Shown here one piece after another: positions 1-10,546 of a stretch of DNA of 64,000 nucleotides. The stretch spans positions 9,549 through 73,548 of the forward strand of contig JAPLQF010000006.1 in the NCBI GenBank assembly GCA_026399875.1, read 5' to 3'. Each line of letters opens with the position of its first letter. Position 1 is the stretch's first letter. The notes beneath the pieces are model-generated. The model made no database searches. It saw only the letters and a list, made by a program, of their open reading frames with translations, and was not told where the DNA came from. This DNA comes from Burkholderiales bacterium. Lineage in GTDB: Bacteria > Pseudomonadota > Gammaproteobacteria > Burkholderiales > Burkholderiaceae_E. The translations under genes and the position numbers were made by a program.

Positions 1-1508
1 GTCTGCTCGCGATCGGGCTGGTGCCGGGCGACCGAATCGGCATCTGGGCGCCCAACTGCTCGGAATGGACCCTGATGCAGTTCGCGACCGCCAAGGCCGG
101 CCTCATCCTGGTCAATATCAATCCGGCCTACCGCCGGGCTGAACTCGAGTACGCGCTGAACAAGGTTGAGTGCAAGGCGCTGGTCCTGGCGCCAGCGCTC
201 AAGACCAGCGACTACCTGGCGATCGTGCAGGACCTCGCGCCCGAGCTCGCGTCCGCCGCGGCCCATGACCTGCACGCAGCGGCACTGCCTCACCTGCGCA
301 GCGTGATCCGGCTCGGTGCGGCGTCGACCCCCGGCATGGTGAACTTTGACGAAGTCATGAAAGCAGGCGGTGAGGCGCAGCGCGCGCAGCTTGCCGAGCT
401 CGCAGGCAGCCTGCAGTTCGATGACCCGATCAACATCCAGTTCACCTCGGGCACCACCGGCTTTCCCAAGGGCGCAACCCTCACCCACCGCAACATCCTG
501 AACAACGGCTTTTTCGTCGGCGAGGCGATCAAGCTGACCCATGAAGACCGGCTGTGTGCGCCGGTGCCGCTTTACCACTGCTTCGGCATGGTGATGGCCA
601 ATCTTGGCTGCATGACCCATGGCGCGGCGATGGTCTACCCGTCTGATGCCTTCGATCCGCTGGCGGTGCTCGAGACCGTGCAGGCCGAGCGCTGCACCGC
701 GCTCTATGGCGTGCCGACGATGTTCATCGCCGAGCTCGACCATCCCCGCTTTGCCGAATTCGACCTGTCGTCACTGCGTACCGGCATCATGGCCGGCTCG
801 CCCTGCCCGATCGAGGTGATGAAGCGCGTGCAGTCGCAGATGCATCTGCGCCAGGTGACAATCGCCTACGGCATGACCGAAACCTCGCCGGTCTCCACGC
901 AAAGCTCGGTCGACGATCCGCTGGAGCGACGGGTCTCGACGGTCGGGCGAGTTCAGCCGCATATCGAGGTCAAGATCGTCGATCCGCAGGGTCGCATCGT
1001 GCCGCGCGGCGTCACCGGCGAGTTTTGTACCCGGGGCTATTCGGTGATGCGCGGCTACTGGAACGACCCCGGCAAGACCCACGAGGCGGTGGATGAAGCC
1101 GGCTGGATGCACACCGGCGATCTGGCCACCATGGACGAGGAGGGCTACGTCAATATTGTGGGGCGCCTGAAGGACATGGTCATTCGGGGTGGCGAGAATG
1201 TCTATCCGCGCGAGATCGAGGAGTTCCTCTACCGGCACCCCAAGGTGCAGGATGTCCAGGTCATCGGCGTACCCGACCCGAAGTACGGCGAAGAGTTGTG
1301 TGCATGGATCATGCTTAGGAGTGGACAATCCGCAACGCCTGACGAGATTCGCGAGTTCTGCCGTGGTCAGATCGCGCATTACAAGATCCCGCGTCATGTA
1401 CGCTTCGTCGATGCCTTCCCGATGACAATCACCGGCAAGGTTCAGAAATACCTCATGCGCCAGCAGACCATCGACGACCTCGGATTGACCCACCAGAAGA
1501 CCGCCTGA
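1..1508 (+). CDS. AMP-dependent acyl-CoA synthetase/ligase (5' end cut by window edge)
   Basis: Reading frame is open to base 1. AMP-binding signature [16 protein letters not shown], then [12 protein letters not shown] and the C-terminal [10 protein letters not shown]. Confidence 0.9.
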   Translation, partial: LLAIGLVPGDRIGIWAPNCSEWTLMQFATAKAGLILVNINPAYRRAELEYALNKVECKALVLAPALKTSDYLAIVQDLAPELASAAAHDLHAAALPHLRSVIRLGAASTPGMVNFDEVMKAGGEAQRAQLAELAGSLQFDDPINIQFTSGTTGFPKGATLTHRNILNNGFFVGEAIKLTHEDRLCAPVPLYHCFGMVMANLGCMTHGAAMVYPSDAFDPLAVLETVQAERCTALYGVPTMFIAELDHPRFAEFDLSSLRTGIMAGSPCPIEVMKRVQSQMHLRQVTIAYGMTETSPVSTQSSVDDPLERRVSTVGRVQPHIEVKIVDPQGRIVPRGVTGEFCTRGYSVMRGYWNDPGKTHEAVDEAGWMHTGDLATMDEEGYVNIVGRLKDMVIRGGENVYPREIEEFLYRHPKVQDVQVIGVPDPKYGEELCAWIMLRSGQSATPDEIREFCRGQIAHYKIPRHVRFVDAFPMTITGKVQKYLMRQQTIDDLGLTHQKTA

Positions 1509-1539
1509 TAATCCTTCAGGATTAGTCTATATTTCCATC

Positions 1540-2226
1540 ATGACATCACAACGCAGCAAGACCAGTGCCACAGCCAAGCCCGGCACTGCAGCCAGGCGCG
1601 GCCGCAAAACCGCAACACTCGCTGCTGTAACAGCGCCGGCACTGGCAAAGGCACAGCCGAGGCCCCTGTCGCCGGTACTCGCCGCTGCGGCCGAACTGCT
1701 CGATGAAAAGGGCTTCGAAGGCCTGAGCACGACCGCAGTCGCGCATCGGGCGCAGGTCAGCACCGCGACCATCTATCGCGACTATCCGGACAAACTCGCG
1801 ATCCTGAGGGCGCTGATCGTGCATGTCACCTTGTCCCGCCACGATTTCCTGGCCGAATCCTTTTCAAGGATCGCCGGCGCGCCCGACTGGCGAACACCGC
1901 TTGCCGAGACCCTGAGGAAAGCCTTTTACCTCAGAATGAACGCACCCGGTGGCGGCTCGACACGACGGGCACTGCAGCTTTCGCCCGAGCTCTGGCTCTG
2001 GGACCAGAAACACACCGAGCAGCTCGCCGAGGACTGCGCGAGGTTCATCCGCAAGCGCAAGCCGTCGATGACGCCGGCGACCGCCAAACGCCTCACGTTG
2101 ACCGGCATCACCGCAGCAGTCGCCTTGCTTGATTTCGCCAGCCTGATGCCTGCTCGCAACGCCAAACTCATCGTCGAAGAATGCATTGCGATGTGCGAAG
2201 CCTACCTGGCACCCCACCTCGACTGA
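1540..2226 (+). CDS. TetR-family transcriptional regulator
   Basis: N-terminal HTH STTAVAHRAQVSTATIYRDYPDK. Size is about 228 aa and it lies beside acyl-CoA metabolism genes. Confidence 0.8.
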   Translation: MTSQRSKTSATAKPGTAARRGRKTATLAAVTAPALAKAQPRPLSPVLAAAAELLDEKGFEGLSTTAVAHRAQVSTATIYRDYPDKLAILRALIVHVTLSRHDFLAESFSRIAGAPDWRTPLAETLRKAFYLRMNAPGGGSTRRALQLSPELWLWDQKHTEQLAEDCARFIRKRKPSMTPATAKRLTLTGITAAVALLDFASLMPARNAKLIVEECIAMCEAYLAPHLD

Positions 2227-2262
2227 GGTCAGCGCCGCCCGCCTGAGGCGAGCAGCTGCTGC

Positions 2263-3420
2263 TCAGAATGAGCGTGGCAGACCGAGCACATGCTCGGCCA
2301 CATACGACAGGATCAGGTTGGTCGAGATCGGCGCGACCTGATAAAGGCGGGTTTCGCGGAACTTTCGCTCGACGTCGTATTCACAGGCAAAGCCGAAGCC
2401 GCCATGGAATTGCAGGCAGGCATTGGCTGCCTCCCATGAGGCCTTGGCCGCGAGGTATTTCGCCATATTCGCCTCGGCACCGCAGGGCTTGCGGGCATCG
2501 AAGAGTTCGCAAGCCTTCCAGCGCATCAGGTTGGCTGCCTCGACCTCGATATAAGCCTCTGCGATCGGAAACTGCACGCCCTGGTTCTGGCCGATCGGAC
2601 GACCAAACACCACGCGATCCTTGGTGTAAGCGGTCACGCGGTCGATGAACCAGTAGCCGTCGCCGATGCATTCGGCTGCGATCAGCGCGCGCTCGGCGTT
2701 CAGCCCGTCGAGGATGTACTTGAAGCCCTGCCCTTCTTCGCCGATCAGGTTTTCGGCCGGAATCTCGAGGTTTTCGAAGAACAGCTCATTGGTCTCGTGA
2801 TTGACCAGATTGGGGATCGGGCGCACGGTCAGGCCATGGCCGATCGCATCGCGCAGGTCGACCACGAAGATCGACATGCCTTCGGATTTGCGGGCGACCT
2901 GATCGAGCGGCGTGGTGCGGGCCAGCAGAATCATCAGGTCGGAATGCTGAACCCGCGAGATCCAGACCTTCTGGCCATTGATGACATAGCGGTCACCCTG
3001 TCGCACCGCGGTGGTCTTGATGCGGGTGGTATCGGTGCCGGTGGTGGGCTCGGTCACGCCCATCGACTGCAGGCGCAACTCGCCGGTGGCGATCTTGGGC
3101 AGCCAGCGCTGCTTTTGCTCGGCCGAGCCGTGGCGCAGCAGCGTACCCATGTTGTACATCTGGCCGTGGCAGGCGCCCGAATTGCCGCCGCAACGGTTGA
3201 TCTCTTCCATGATCACCGAGGCCTCGACCAGCCCCAGGCCCGAGCCGCCGTATTCCTGCGGAATGAGCGCGGCCATCCAGCCGGCACGCGTCAGGGCATC
3301 CACGAAGGCCTCCGGGTAGGCGCGGGCGGCATCAACCTTGCGGAAGTATTCGTCGGGGTATTGGGCGCACAGGGCGCGTACCGCGTCGCGGATATCGAGA
3401 TGGTCGGTGGCAGCAGGCAT
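2263..3420 (-). CDS. acyl-CoA dehydrogenase
   Basis: GVTEPTTGTDTT motif and C-terminal QFHGGFGFACEYDVERKFRETRLYQVAPISTN. Start taken at MPAATDHL (ATG at 3420) rather than the longer ORF. Confidence 0.85.
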   Translation of the reverse strand: MPAATDHLDIRDAVRALCAQYPDEYFRKVDAARAYPEAFVDALTRAGWMAALIPQEYGGSGLGLVEASVIMEEINRCGGNSGACHGQMYNMGTLLRHGSAEQKQRWLPKIATGELRLQSMGVTEPTTGTDTTRIKTTAVRQGDRYVINGQKVWISRVQHSDLMILLARTTPLDQVARKSEGMSIFVVDLRDAIGHGLTVRPIPNLVNHETNELFFENLEIPAENLIGEEGQGFKYILDGLNAERALIAAECIGDGYWFIDRVTAYTKDRVVFGRPIGQNQGVQFPIAEAYIEVEAANLMRWKACELFDARKPCGAEANMAKYLAAKASWEAANACLQFHGGFGFACEYDVERKFRETRLYQVAPISTNLILSYVAEHVLGLPRSF

Positions 3421-3559
3421 GGTCGGATTACTCGGGAAAATGGAATCGAACAGGGGAGCAAATCTGGGGCAAGGTGCCATTGTCGGGTCGAATGGTGCGC
3501 CGATCAAAGTACGACGATGACAGCCCGGCGATTACCGCACGCAGATCACTGCACGCAGA

Positions 3560-4822
3560 TCAAGGAGCTTTCGTCGCCGGGTCGGTCACGGCGACCCGCA
3601 CCGGGCGCGGCGGCGGGCTGCCAAAGTAAAAGAGCAATGAACCGAGTCCGACCAGCACCGCCAGCAGGGTAAAGCCGGTGCGGTAGTCGCCGGTGATGTC
3701 GGCCAGGCCACCCGCAATCATCGGGCCGCCGATCTGGCCGATGGCCACGATCAGCGTCGACAGGCCCATGATCATGCCGATCGAGCGACGCCCGAAATAG
3801 TCGGCCCGGATCGCCTGCATCAGCGGACCGCGCAAACCCCAGGCCGCGCCATGCAGCAGCGCAAATCCGGTCAGCATCACCGGCCCCTGTGCCCAGGCCA
3901 GCAGGATCAGCCCCGCGGCATGCATCAGCATGCAGAAGGCCGCCAGCAAACGCTTGTTGAGCCGATCACCGAAGGCCATGCCGGCCAGCACGCCAACAAC
4001 CTGCGAGGCGGTCATGAGCGTTATGACCAGCGACGCCTGTGCCACGGTATACCCGAGCGACTCTTTGATCAGCGTGATCGCATGCACATTGACGGCGGTG
4101 ACCGCCAGCAGCGCAAAGCCGTGACCGAGCGAGACCAGCCAGAAGGCCCGTGTGCGCAGCGCCTCGCGGGCGGTGAACTCGACCGCCTCATCATCGGAGG
4201 CATTGCCGCCGACGGCCTTGGCCGCGCTCCAGTCGCCGTCGATCTCCTGGCCGAGTGCTTGCGGGCGATCCCTGAACAGCAGCGAAATCGGCCCGCACAG
4301 CAGGATGATCAGCACACCGGACCACATCGCGGTCGAGCGCCATCCGAAGGTCTGCATCGCGGCGGCCACCAGCGGCACGAACAGGCCGCCGACCGCCATC
4401 CCGAGTCCGACAATCGACAGTGCCCTCGCCCGGAAGCGCTCGAACCAGTGAATCACCGCGATATTGATCGGAAAATAGCCGGCCAGGCTGGTGCCCAGCG
4501 CGATCACGATCAGCGCTGCATAAAAACCGCCGAGCGATTCGACCCGGCTGAGAGCGATCATGCCGGCGCCGAAGATCAGCACGCCGGCCCGGATCAGCCG
4601 ATAGGGTCCGAAACGGTCGCACAACCAGCCGAGTGCCGGGCCGATGACCGCGGACTCCATCGACTGCAGCGCTGCACCGCCCGACAGCGCAGTCTTGCTC
4701 CAGCCTTTTTCAGCGGCGAGCACTGCCACATAGGCACCAAAGGCCTGCTGCATCAGGGCGGCCTGAAACAGTTGCAGGGTGGTGCCCGCGGCGACCATGC
4801 GCCAACCGTGAAATACCTTCAT
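3560..4822 (-). CDS. MFS transporter
   Basis: About 12 hydrophobic segments, with GRR/GxxxDRxG-type loops (LCDRFGP, FGDRLNKR). Start taken at MKVFHGWRMV. Confidence 0.75.
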   Translation of the reverse strand: MKVFHGWRMVAAGTTLQLFQAALMQQAFGAYVAVLAAEKGWSKTALSGGAALQSMESAVIGPALGWLCDRFGPYRLIRAGVLIFGAGMIALSRVESLGGFYAALIVIALGTSLAGYFPINIAVIHWFERFRARALSIVGLGMAVGGLFVPLVAAAMQTFGWRSTAMWSGVLIILLCGPISLLFRDRPQALGQEIDGDWSAAKAVGGNASDDEAVEFTAREALRTRAFWLVSLGHGFALLAVTAVNVHAITLIKESLGYTVAQASLVITLMTASQVVGVLAGMAFGDRLNKRLLAAFCMLMHAAGLILLAWAQGPVMLTGFALLHGAAWGLRGPLMQAIRADYFGRRSIGMIMGLSTLIVAIGQIGGPMIAGGLADITGDYRTGFTLLAVLVGLGSLLFYFGSPPPRPVRVAVTDPATKAP

Positions 4823-4933
4823 GAGTAGCCCGATTGTGTCCCACTCGAGGCGATCGCGCCGTCCCGGGCGTTCCGGCAATCGCAAACCGGCAAAACAGGT
4901 GCGTGCGAGAGCGTCAGGCCTCGAGCCGCAAAC

Positions 4934-4961
4934 TTGACAAGCCATGCACCGCGGCTACCCT
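4934..4961 (+). promoter_or_regulatory. candidate sigma70 promoter for the 5017+ operon (TTGACA-N16-TACCCT)
   Basis: Perfect -35 TTGACA at 4934-4939 and a weak -10 TACCCT at 4956-4961, in the divergent intergenic region. Confidence 0.3.
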
Positions 4962-5016
4962 GCCAGAGCGCCTGGCGTGCCGATCGCATCAGACAGCTCA
5001 TCACAGGAGACAGGAC

Positions 5017-5961
5017 ATGTCAGACGAACAGGAACTGCCGGATATGGCGCCGCTCTGGGACGTGCCCGTCCCGTATATCCGCCGCACGCACGACTGGTAC
5101 AACGCGCTGGGCTACGGCAACCCCTATCGCTATGCGCAGTACACCGATGTGCCCTTCCAGGCACTGGCAAAGCCCTTGTCGCGCTCGCGCGTGGCGCTGC
5201 TCACCACTGCCGCGCCCTTTCAGCCCGACAAGGGCCCGCAGGGCGCCGGTGCGCCCTATAACGCGGCGGCCAAGTTCTACAAGGTCTACACCGGCGACAC
5301 CTCGATCGATCACGATCTGCGCGTCTCGCATGTCGGCATCGACCGCGATCACCTCACCGATGATGCGAACACCTGGTTCCCGCTGCCGGCGCTGCGGCGC
5401 GCAGCCGCCAGCGGACGCATCGGCGAGATCGCGCCCCGCTTTGTCGGCGTGCCCACCAACCGCAGCCAGCGCCACACCCTGACCACCGATGCCGCCGAAG
5501 TGCTGGCGATCTGCAAGGCTGATCGGGTCGACGCCGCCGTGCTGGTGGCCAATTGCCCGATCTGCCATCAGACAATCAGCCTGACCGCGAGGCACCTCGA
5601 GGCCAACGGCATTCCGACGGTGGTGATGGGCGCGGCCAAGGACATCGTCGAGATGTGTGGTGTGCCGCGATTTCTGTTCAGCGACTTTCCGCTTGGCAAT
5701 GCCGCGGCGCGCCCGAACGACCCGGCATCACAAGACGCCACGCTCGAGCTTGCACTGCGGGTGCTGGAGTCTGCGGTCGCACCGCGCACCACCGTCCAGA
5801 ATCCGCTGCGATGGAATGGCCAGCCGCAGTGGCGCCTCGACTATCTCGATCTGTCGCGCCTGAGCCCGGAAGAGATCGCGCGCCGTCGCGCGGCCAATGA
5901 TCAGATCAAGTCGATCGCACAGGGTGTGCGCGATGCCACGATCGCCAGAGACACCCATTGA
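5017..5961 (+). CDS. glycine/sarcosine/betaine/proline reductase component-B-like protein (Cys-containing homologue)
   Basis: The overall sequence recalls the GRDB/PrdB family (PF07355), for example TTAAPF..DKG, VSHVGID, VLVANCPICHQT, IPTVVMG. AGGAGA RBS at 5005-5010. The stop overlaps the next start (ATGA). Confidence 0.45.
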   Translation: MSDEQELPDMAPLWDVPVPYIRRTHDWYNALGYGNPYRYAQYTDVPFQALAKPLSRSRVALLTTAAPFQPDKGPQGAGAPYNAAAKFYKVYTGDTSIDHDLRVSHVGIDRDHLTDDANTWFPLPALRRAAASGRIGEIAPRFVGVPTNRSQRHTLTTDAAEVLAICKADRVDAAVLVANCPICHQTISLTARHLEANGIPTVVMGAAKDIVEMCGVPRFLFSDFPLGNAAARPNDPASQDATLELALRVLESAVAPRTTVQNPLRWNGQPQWRLDYLDLSRLSPEEIARRRAANDQIKSIAQGVRDATIARDTH

Positions 5962-7160
5962 TGAACCAGGCCAAAGCCTTTGCAGGCGTTCGCATTCTCG
6001 ACTTCACCCATTATCTGGCCGGGCCCTTTTGCACTTTCCAGCTCGCGGTGCAGGGGGCCGATGTCATCAAGGTGGAAGCGGTTGAAGGCGACGCGATGCG
6101 GCTGTCGGGCGCCAGCTCCGAGTGGACGCAGCGTCAGCTCAGTCCGTCCTGGATGGCGGTCAATGCCAACAAGCGGAGCATGACGCTCGATCTCACCAAG
6201 CCTGCGGCCCGCGAGATCGTCGAGCGACTGGCTGCCGAGGTTGATGTGGTCTGCGAAAACTTTCGCCCCGGCGTGCTCGAGCGGCGCGGCATGGGCTGGT
6301 CGCAGCTCTCGAAGATCAACCCCAGGCTCATCTACTGCGGCATCTCGGGCTTTGGCAGCACCGGCCCCGAGCGCGGCACTGCAAGCTTCGACGGCAAGAT
6401 CCAGGCGATGTCGGGGTTGATGTCGCTCACCGGCGAGCCGGTCAACGGACCGATGCGCGCCGGCTTTGCGGTGGCCGACATCACCACCGGCATTACCGCG
6501 GCGTTTGCGGTCGCCTCGGCGCTCTATCAGCGCACCCATACCGGCGAAGGACAGTTCGTCGATGTCGCGATGCTCGACTCGATGGTGGGTTTTCTGTCGG
6601 GGCAGGTGGCCGAATACACCACCACCGGACATCGCCATGAGCAGCTTGGCAATGGCTCGGTGAGCGGCAAGCCGACCGCCGATCGCTTTCGCTGCGGCAA
6701 GGGCTTCCTGGTTCTGGCGGTGCTGACCGACAAGCAGTTCGGCAACCTGATGCGTGCGCTGGGTCGCGAAGATGCGCTGCGCGATCCGCGTTTTGCAGAC
6801 TGGCCGAGCCGATCGGCCAACAAGGTGGCGCTGCGCGAGCTGATCGAGCACGCGATGCGCGACGGCGATCCGGCATCGTGGGAGCGCCGGCTGATCGACG
6901 CAGATGCGCCCTGCGGGCAGGTCAACTCAATTGCCGATGTCACCGCGCATCCGCAACTGGCTCATCGCGACATGCTCCAGGAGGTGCAAACGCCCTATGG
7001 GCCGGTGCGCCTGGCCGGGTCAGCGTTCAGGATGGCGCACGGCACCGGTGGCCTCGATCGGCCGATTGCCCTGCCCGGTGAGCACACTGACGAGGTGCTG
7101 GCATCGATCGGTTACGACGCTCAGGCCATCGCCGCACTGCGGGCAGACAAGGTGGTCTGA
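5958..7160 (+). CDS. family III CoA-transferase (CaiB/BaiF type)
   Basis: N-terminal GVRILDFTHYLAGPFCTFQLAVQGADVIKVE, and about 400 aa long. Confidence 0.85.
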   Translation: MMNQAKAFAGVRILDFTHYLAGPFCTFQLAVQGADVIKVEAVEGDAMRLSGASSEWTQRQLSPSWMAVNANKRSMTLDLTKPAAREIVERLAAEVDVVCENFRPGVLERRGMGWSQLSKINPRLIYCGISGFGSTGPERGTASFDGKIQAMSGLMSLTGEPVNGPMRAGFAVADITTGITAAFAVASALYQRTHTGEGQFVDVAMLDSMVGFLSGQVAEYTTTGHRHEQLGNGSVSGKPTADRFRCGKGFLVLAVLTDKQFGNLMRALGREDALRDPRFADWPSRSANKVALRELIEHAMRDGDPASWERRLIDADAPCGQVNSIADVTAHPQLAHRDMLQEVQTPYGPVRLAGSAFRMAHGTGGLDRPIALPGEHTDEVLASIGYDAQAIAALRADKVV

Positions 7161-7197
7161 GCCGCCCCTGCCACCCGACTGCGAAAACGCCACTGCC

Positions 7198-8844
7198 ATG
7201 ACAATCATCTACGCCGCCCGCCGCATCATCACCATGGATCCGACCCGCACCGACACCACCCATGTCGCGGTACGTGACGGGCGCGTCCTTGGCACCGGCA
7301 CCCTCGATGAACTCAGGGGCTGGGGTCGCTTCGATCTCGATGAGCGCTTCATCGACAAGGTGCTGGTCCCGGGTTTCGTCGAAGGCCACAGCCACATCGG
7401 CGAGGGCGTCAACTGGCGCTATGTCTATTGCGGCTTTCACGATCGCAGCGATCCGGATGGCCGCGTCTGGCCGGGCGCCCGATCGATCGAGGCGGTGGTC
7501 GAGCGACTGCGCGAGGCCCAGTCGCATCTGGCGAGCCCGACCGAGCCACTGATTGGCTGGGGCTTTGACCCGATCTATTTCGGCGAGCGCCGCTGCAACC
7601 GGCATGACCTCGACGGCGTGAGCACGCAGCGCCCGATCGCGTTGACGCACGCCAGCGGCCACATCACCAATGCGAATACCCTGGCGCTCGAGCTGGCCGG
7701 TTTTCTGCGCATCGGCCATGACCATCCGGGCATCATGCTCGGCGCCGACGGCTTGCCCAATGGCGAGCTCAAGGGCCCCGAGGCGATGACGCCGGTGCTC
7801 GAGAAAGTCGGGCTCAACAAGGCGGCAATGGCCGGTGACCGAGCAGGGCTGCTGGCCTTTGCCAAACTTGCGGTGCGGGCCGGTGTCACCACCGCGACCG
7901 ATCTGGCCACACCGCTGCCCGAGTCAGCCATCGACGAGCTGCTGCAGATCACCGGTGGACACGACTTTCCGCTGCGACTGGTGCCGGCCATGCATGTGCG
8001 AGGCCAGACCGTCGAGCAGGCCATCGAGCGGGCGATCTCACTCAAAGCGCGCTCGACCGACGCCTTGCGCATGGGCCGGGTCAAGGCCCATGCAGACGGT
8101 TCGATCCAGGGATTTTCGGCCCGCATGCGCTGGCCGGGCTATTACAACGGCGCGCCCCAGGGCATGTGGTATGTCGAGCCGGAGTATCTGCAGCAGGTCT
8201 ACCGGCTGGCAATGCGCCACGGCATCCAGATGCATACCCACACCAATGGCGACGCCGCGATCGACCTGGCCATCGACTGCGTCGAACAGGCCCTTCGCGA
8301 ACATCCATCGGCCGATCACCGCTTCACGCTGCAGCACTGCCAGATGGCCGACCGGGCGCAGCTCCAACGCATGAAGACACTCGGCATGTGTGCGAACTTC
8401 TTTGCCAATCACCATTTTTACTGGGGCGATGCGCACTACGACATGACGCTAGGACCCGATCGCGCGCAGCGCATGAATCCGTGTCGCTCGGCGCAGGAAA
8501 TTGGCGTGCCTTACACCATCCATTCCGATGCGCCGGTCACGCCGCTCGGGCCGCTGCATGTGGCGTGGTGCACGGTCAATCGCCTGACCGCATCGGGCAG
8601 GCTACTGGGCGACTATGAGCGGATCGACGTTCACAGCGCCCTGCGGGCGATCACCCTCGGTGCGGCCTATACGCTGCATCTCGAGGGTGAGGTCGGCTCG
8701 ATCGAAACCGGCAAGCGCGCTGATTTTGCGGTGCTCGACCACGACCCGCTTGCCATCGCATCCGAGCGGCTGAAGGACGTGACAGTGTGGGGGACGGTCC
8801 AGGGAGGCCGTGTTTTCGCGGCAAATGCCGCAGCCTCACACTGA
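7198..8844 (+). CDS. metal-dependent amidohydrolase (Amidohydro_3 / YtcJ-like)
   Basis: VPGFVEGHSHIGEG, HTHTNGDAAID and IHSDAPVTP. Start taken at MTIIYAARRI (ATG 7198). Confidence 0.8.
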   Translation: MTIIYAARRIITMDPTRTDTTHVAVRDGRVLGTGTLDELRGWGRFDLDERFIDKVLVPGFVEGHSHIGEGVNWRYVYCGFHDRSDPDGRVWPGARSIEAVVERLREAQSHLASPTEPLIGWGFDPIYFGERRCNRHDLDGVSTQRPIALTHASGHITNANTLALELAGFLRIGHDHPGIMLGADGLPNGELKGPEAMTPVLEKVGLNKAAMAGDRAGLLAFAKLAVRAGVTTATDLATPLPESAIDELLQITGGHDFPLRLVPAMHVRGQTVEQAIERAISLKARSTDALRMGRVKAHADGSIQGFSARMRWPGYYNGAPQGMWYVEPEYLQQVYRLAMRHGIQMHTHTNGDAAIDLAIDCVEQALREHPSADHRFTLQHCQMADRAQLQRMKTLGMCANFFANHHFYWGDAHYDMTLGPDRAQRMNPCRSAQEIGVPYTIHSDAPVTPLGPLHVAWCTVNRLTASGRLLGDYERIDVHSALRAITLGAAYTLHLEGEVGSIETGKRADFAVLDHDPLAIASERLKDVTVWGTVQGGRVFAANAAASH

Positions 8845-8941
8845 ACCTGGGCAAGGCGAAGGCGCCGCTCGACGAGGTTCGATCTGAAAAAGACCTGATC
8901 GTCCCTGACAGCGGGCCTGATGGCGACCCTCAGATCGATCC

Positions 8942-10498
8942 TCAGAGCACCGCCTCGACCAGATAGGGGCCCTTCGAGGCAAGCCCACGCGCGAGTTCGC
9001 GGGCGAGACTGCCCAGGTCGGTGGCACGCCCGGCCTCCACCCCCATCGAACGGGCCAGCCCTACAAAATCGAGACTGGGGTTGTCGAGCATCAGCATGTG
9101 GTTGGCGCGCGGCCCGGGCGTGCCGGCACCAACACCCGCGAACTCGCCCTGCAGGATGCGGTAGGCGCGGTTGGCAAAGACCAGCACCGTGATGTCGAGG
9201 CCCTCGCGTGCCATCGTCCAGAGCGACTGGATGGTGTACATCGCGCTGCCGTCGCCCTCCAGCACCAGCACCTTGCGATCGGGCGCGGCAATGGCGGCAC
9301 CGATCGCGGTCGGCATGCCGAAACCGATGGCGCCGCCGGTGGAGGTCAGGAAGTCGTGCGGCGCGGCGGTGGCGGTCAGGGCCCCGAGCGCCCGTCCGCC
9401 GGTCACCGACTCGTCGACCACGATGGCGTTCTCCGGGATCAGTGCGGCCACCACCTGACCCAGGCCCTCGAGCGTCATCGGACCCTCGGGCAAAGCCAGG
9501 CGCGACAGCGCGGTACGACCTTTGGGTGTCTTGTCGCGGGCACCCAGCGCATCAGCCAGCGCCTCGAGCGTGCCGAGCAGGTCCTGGCCGACATCGGCCA
9601 GCGGCACGATGCGCGCGCCGGCCGGCGCCTGCCGGCCCGGTTTTCCGGGGTAAGCGAAAAAGGACACCGGATCGGTACTGCCGATCAGCACGATGTTCCT
9701 GTAGGGCTTGAGCGCGGCCATGGCGGCCTCGGGTACATAGGGGATGCGTGCAGCATTGACTCTGCCCGCGCCGCGCTGGACCAGCGCCACCGGGAACTCG
9801 ACCATGACCTGGCAGCCGGTGACTTCGGCGATTCGACCGGCCATGGCCAGGCCGGCTTCGCGACAGGCCACACCACCGAGCAGCAGCAGCGTGGCCTCGC
9901 CCGAGCGCAGCAGACCCACGGTCGCATCGATCAGGGCGGCATCGGCCGGCGGGCGAACCAGCCGCGTCGAGCGACCGGTCGAGGGCTGGTCGGCGGGCAC
10001 GGTGTTCCAGGCGCAATCGGCCGGCAGAACCAGCGTGGCAATGCGCCCGGGCGGCGTCGTAGCCGCCTGGACCGCCGCACGCGCTGCCGCCTGCACGCCA
10101 ACCGACGAGCCGATGGTATGGACCCAGTTCGACATCGGGCGGGCCACCCCCTCGATGTCGGAGGTGAGCGGCGCATCGAGCGCGACATGTGCGGTCGCAT
10201 GCTCACCGACCACATTCACGATGCCCGAATGGGCCTTTTTTGCGTTGTGAAGATTGGCCAGTCCGTTGGCCAGGCCCGGGCCGAGATGCAGCAGCGTCGA
10301 GGCCGGTCGCTGGGCGATCCGCCAGTAGCCGTCGGCCGCACCGGTGACCACGCCCTCGAAGAGGCCCAGCACACAGCGCATGCCCTCGATGCGATCGAGG
10401 GCCGCCACAAAGTGCATCTCGGAGGTGCCGGGGTTGGAAAAGCAGACCTCGACCTGCTCGTCGAGCAGCGTGCGCACCAGGCTTTCAGCACCATTCAT
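8942..10498 (-). CDS. thiamine-diphosphate-dependent enzyme (acetolactate synthase large-subunit-like)
   Basis: N-terminal GAESLVRTLLDEQVEVCFSNPGTSEMHF and the ThDP motif LEGDGSAMYTIQSLWT. Confidence 0.8.
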   Translation of the reverse strand: MNGAESLVRTLLDEQVEVCFSNPGTSEMHFVAALDRIEGMRCVLGLFEGVVTGAADGYWRIAQRPASTLLHLGPGLANGLANLHNAKKAHSGIVNVVGEHATAHVALDAPLTSDIEGVARPMSNWVHTIGSSVGVQAAARAAVQAATTPPGRIATLVLPADCAWNTVPADQPSTGRSTRLVRPPADAALIDATVGLLRSGEATLLLLGGVACREAGLAMAGRIAEVTGCQVMVEFPVALVQRGAGRVNAARIPYVPEAAMAALKPYRNIVLIGSTDPVSFFAYPGKPGRQAPAGARIVPLADVGQDLLGTLEALADALGARDKTPKGRTALSRLALPEGPMTLEGLGQVVAALIPENAIVVDESVTGGRALGALTATAAPHDFLTSTGGAIGFGMPTAIGAAIAAPDRKVLVLEGDGSAMYTIQSLWTMAREGLDITVLVFANRAYRILQGEFAGVGAGTPGPRANHMLMLDNPSLDFVGLARSMGVEAGRATDLGSLARELARGLASKGPYLVEAVL

Positions 10499-10546
10499 TG
10501 TTCTGTCTCCTTTGGGGTGATCATTATCGGCCTGTTGGTGCTCAGC

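Noticed and set aside
5554-5565. Selenocysteine recoding in the GrdB-like gene
   Set aside because: The codons are TGC (Cys). There is no in-frame TGA and no SECIS-like hairpin need be invoked. It is treated as a Cys homologue.
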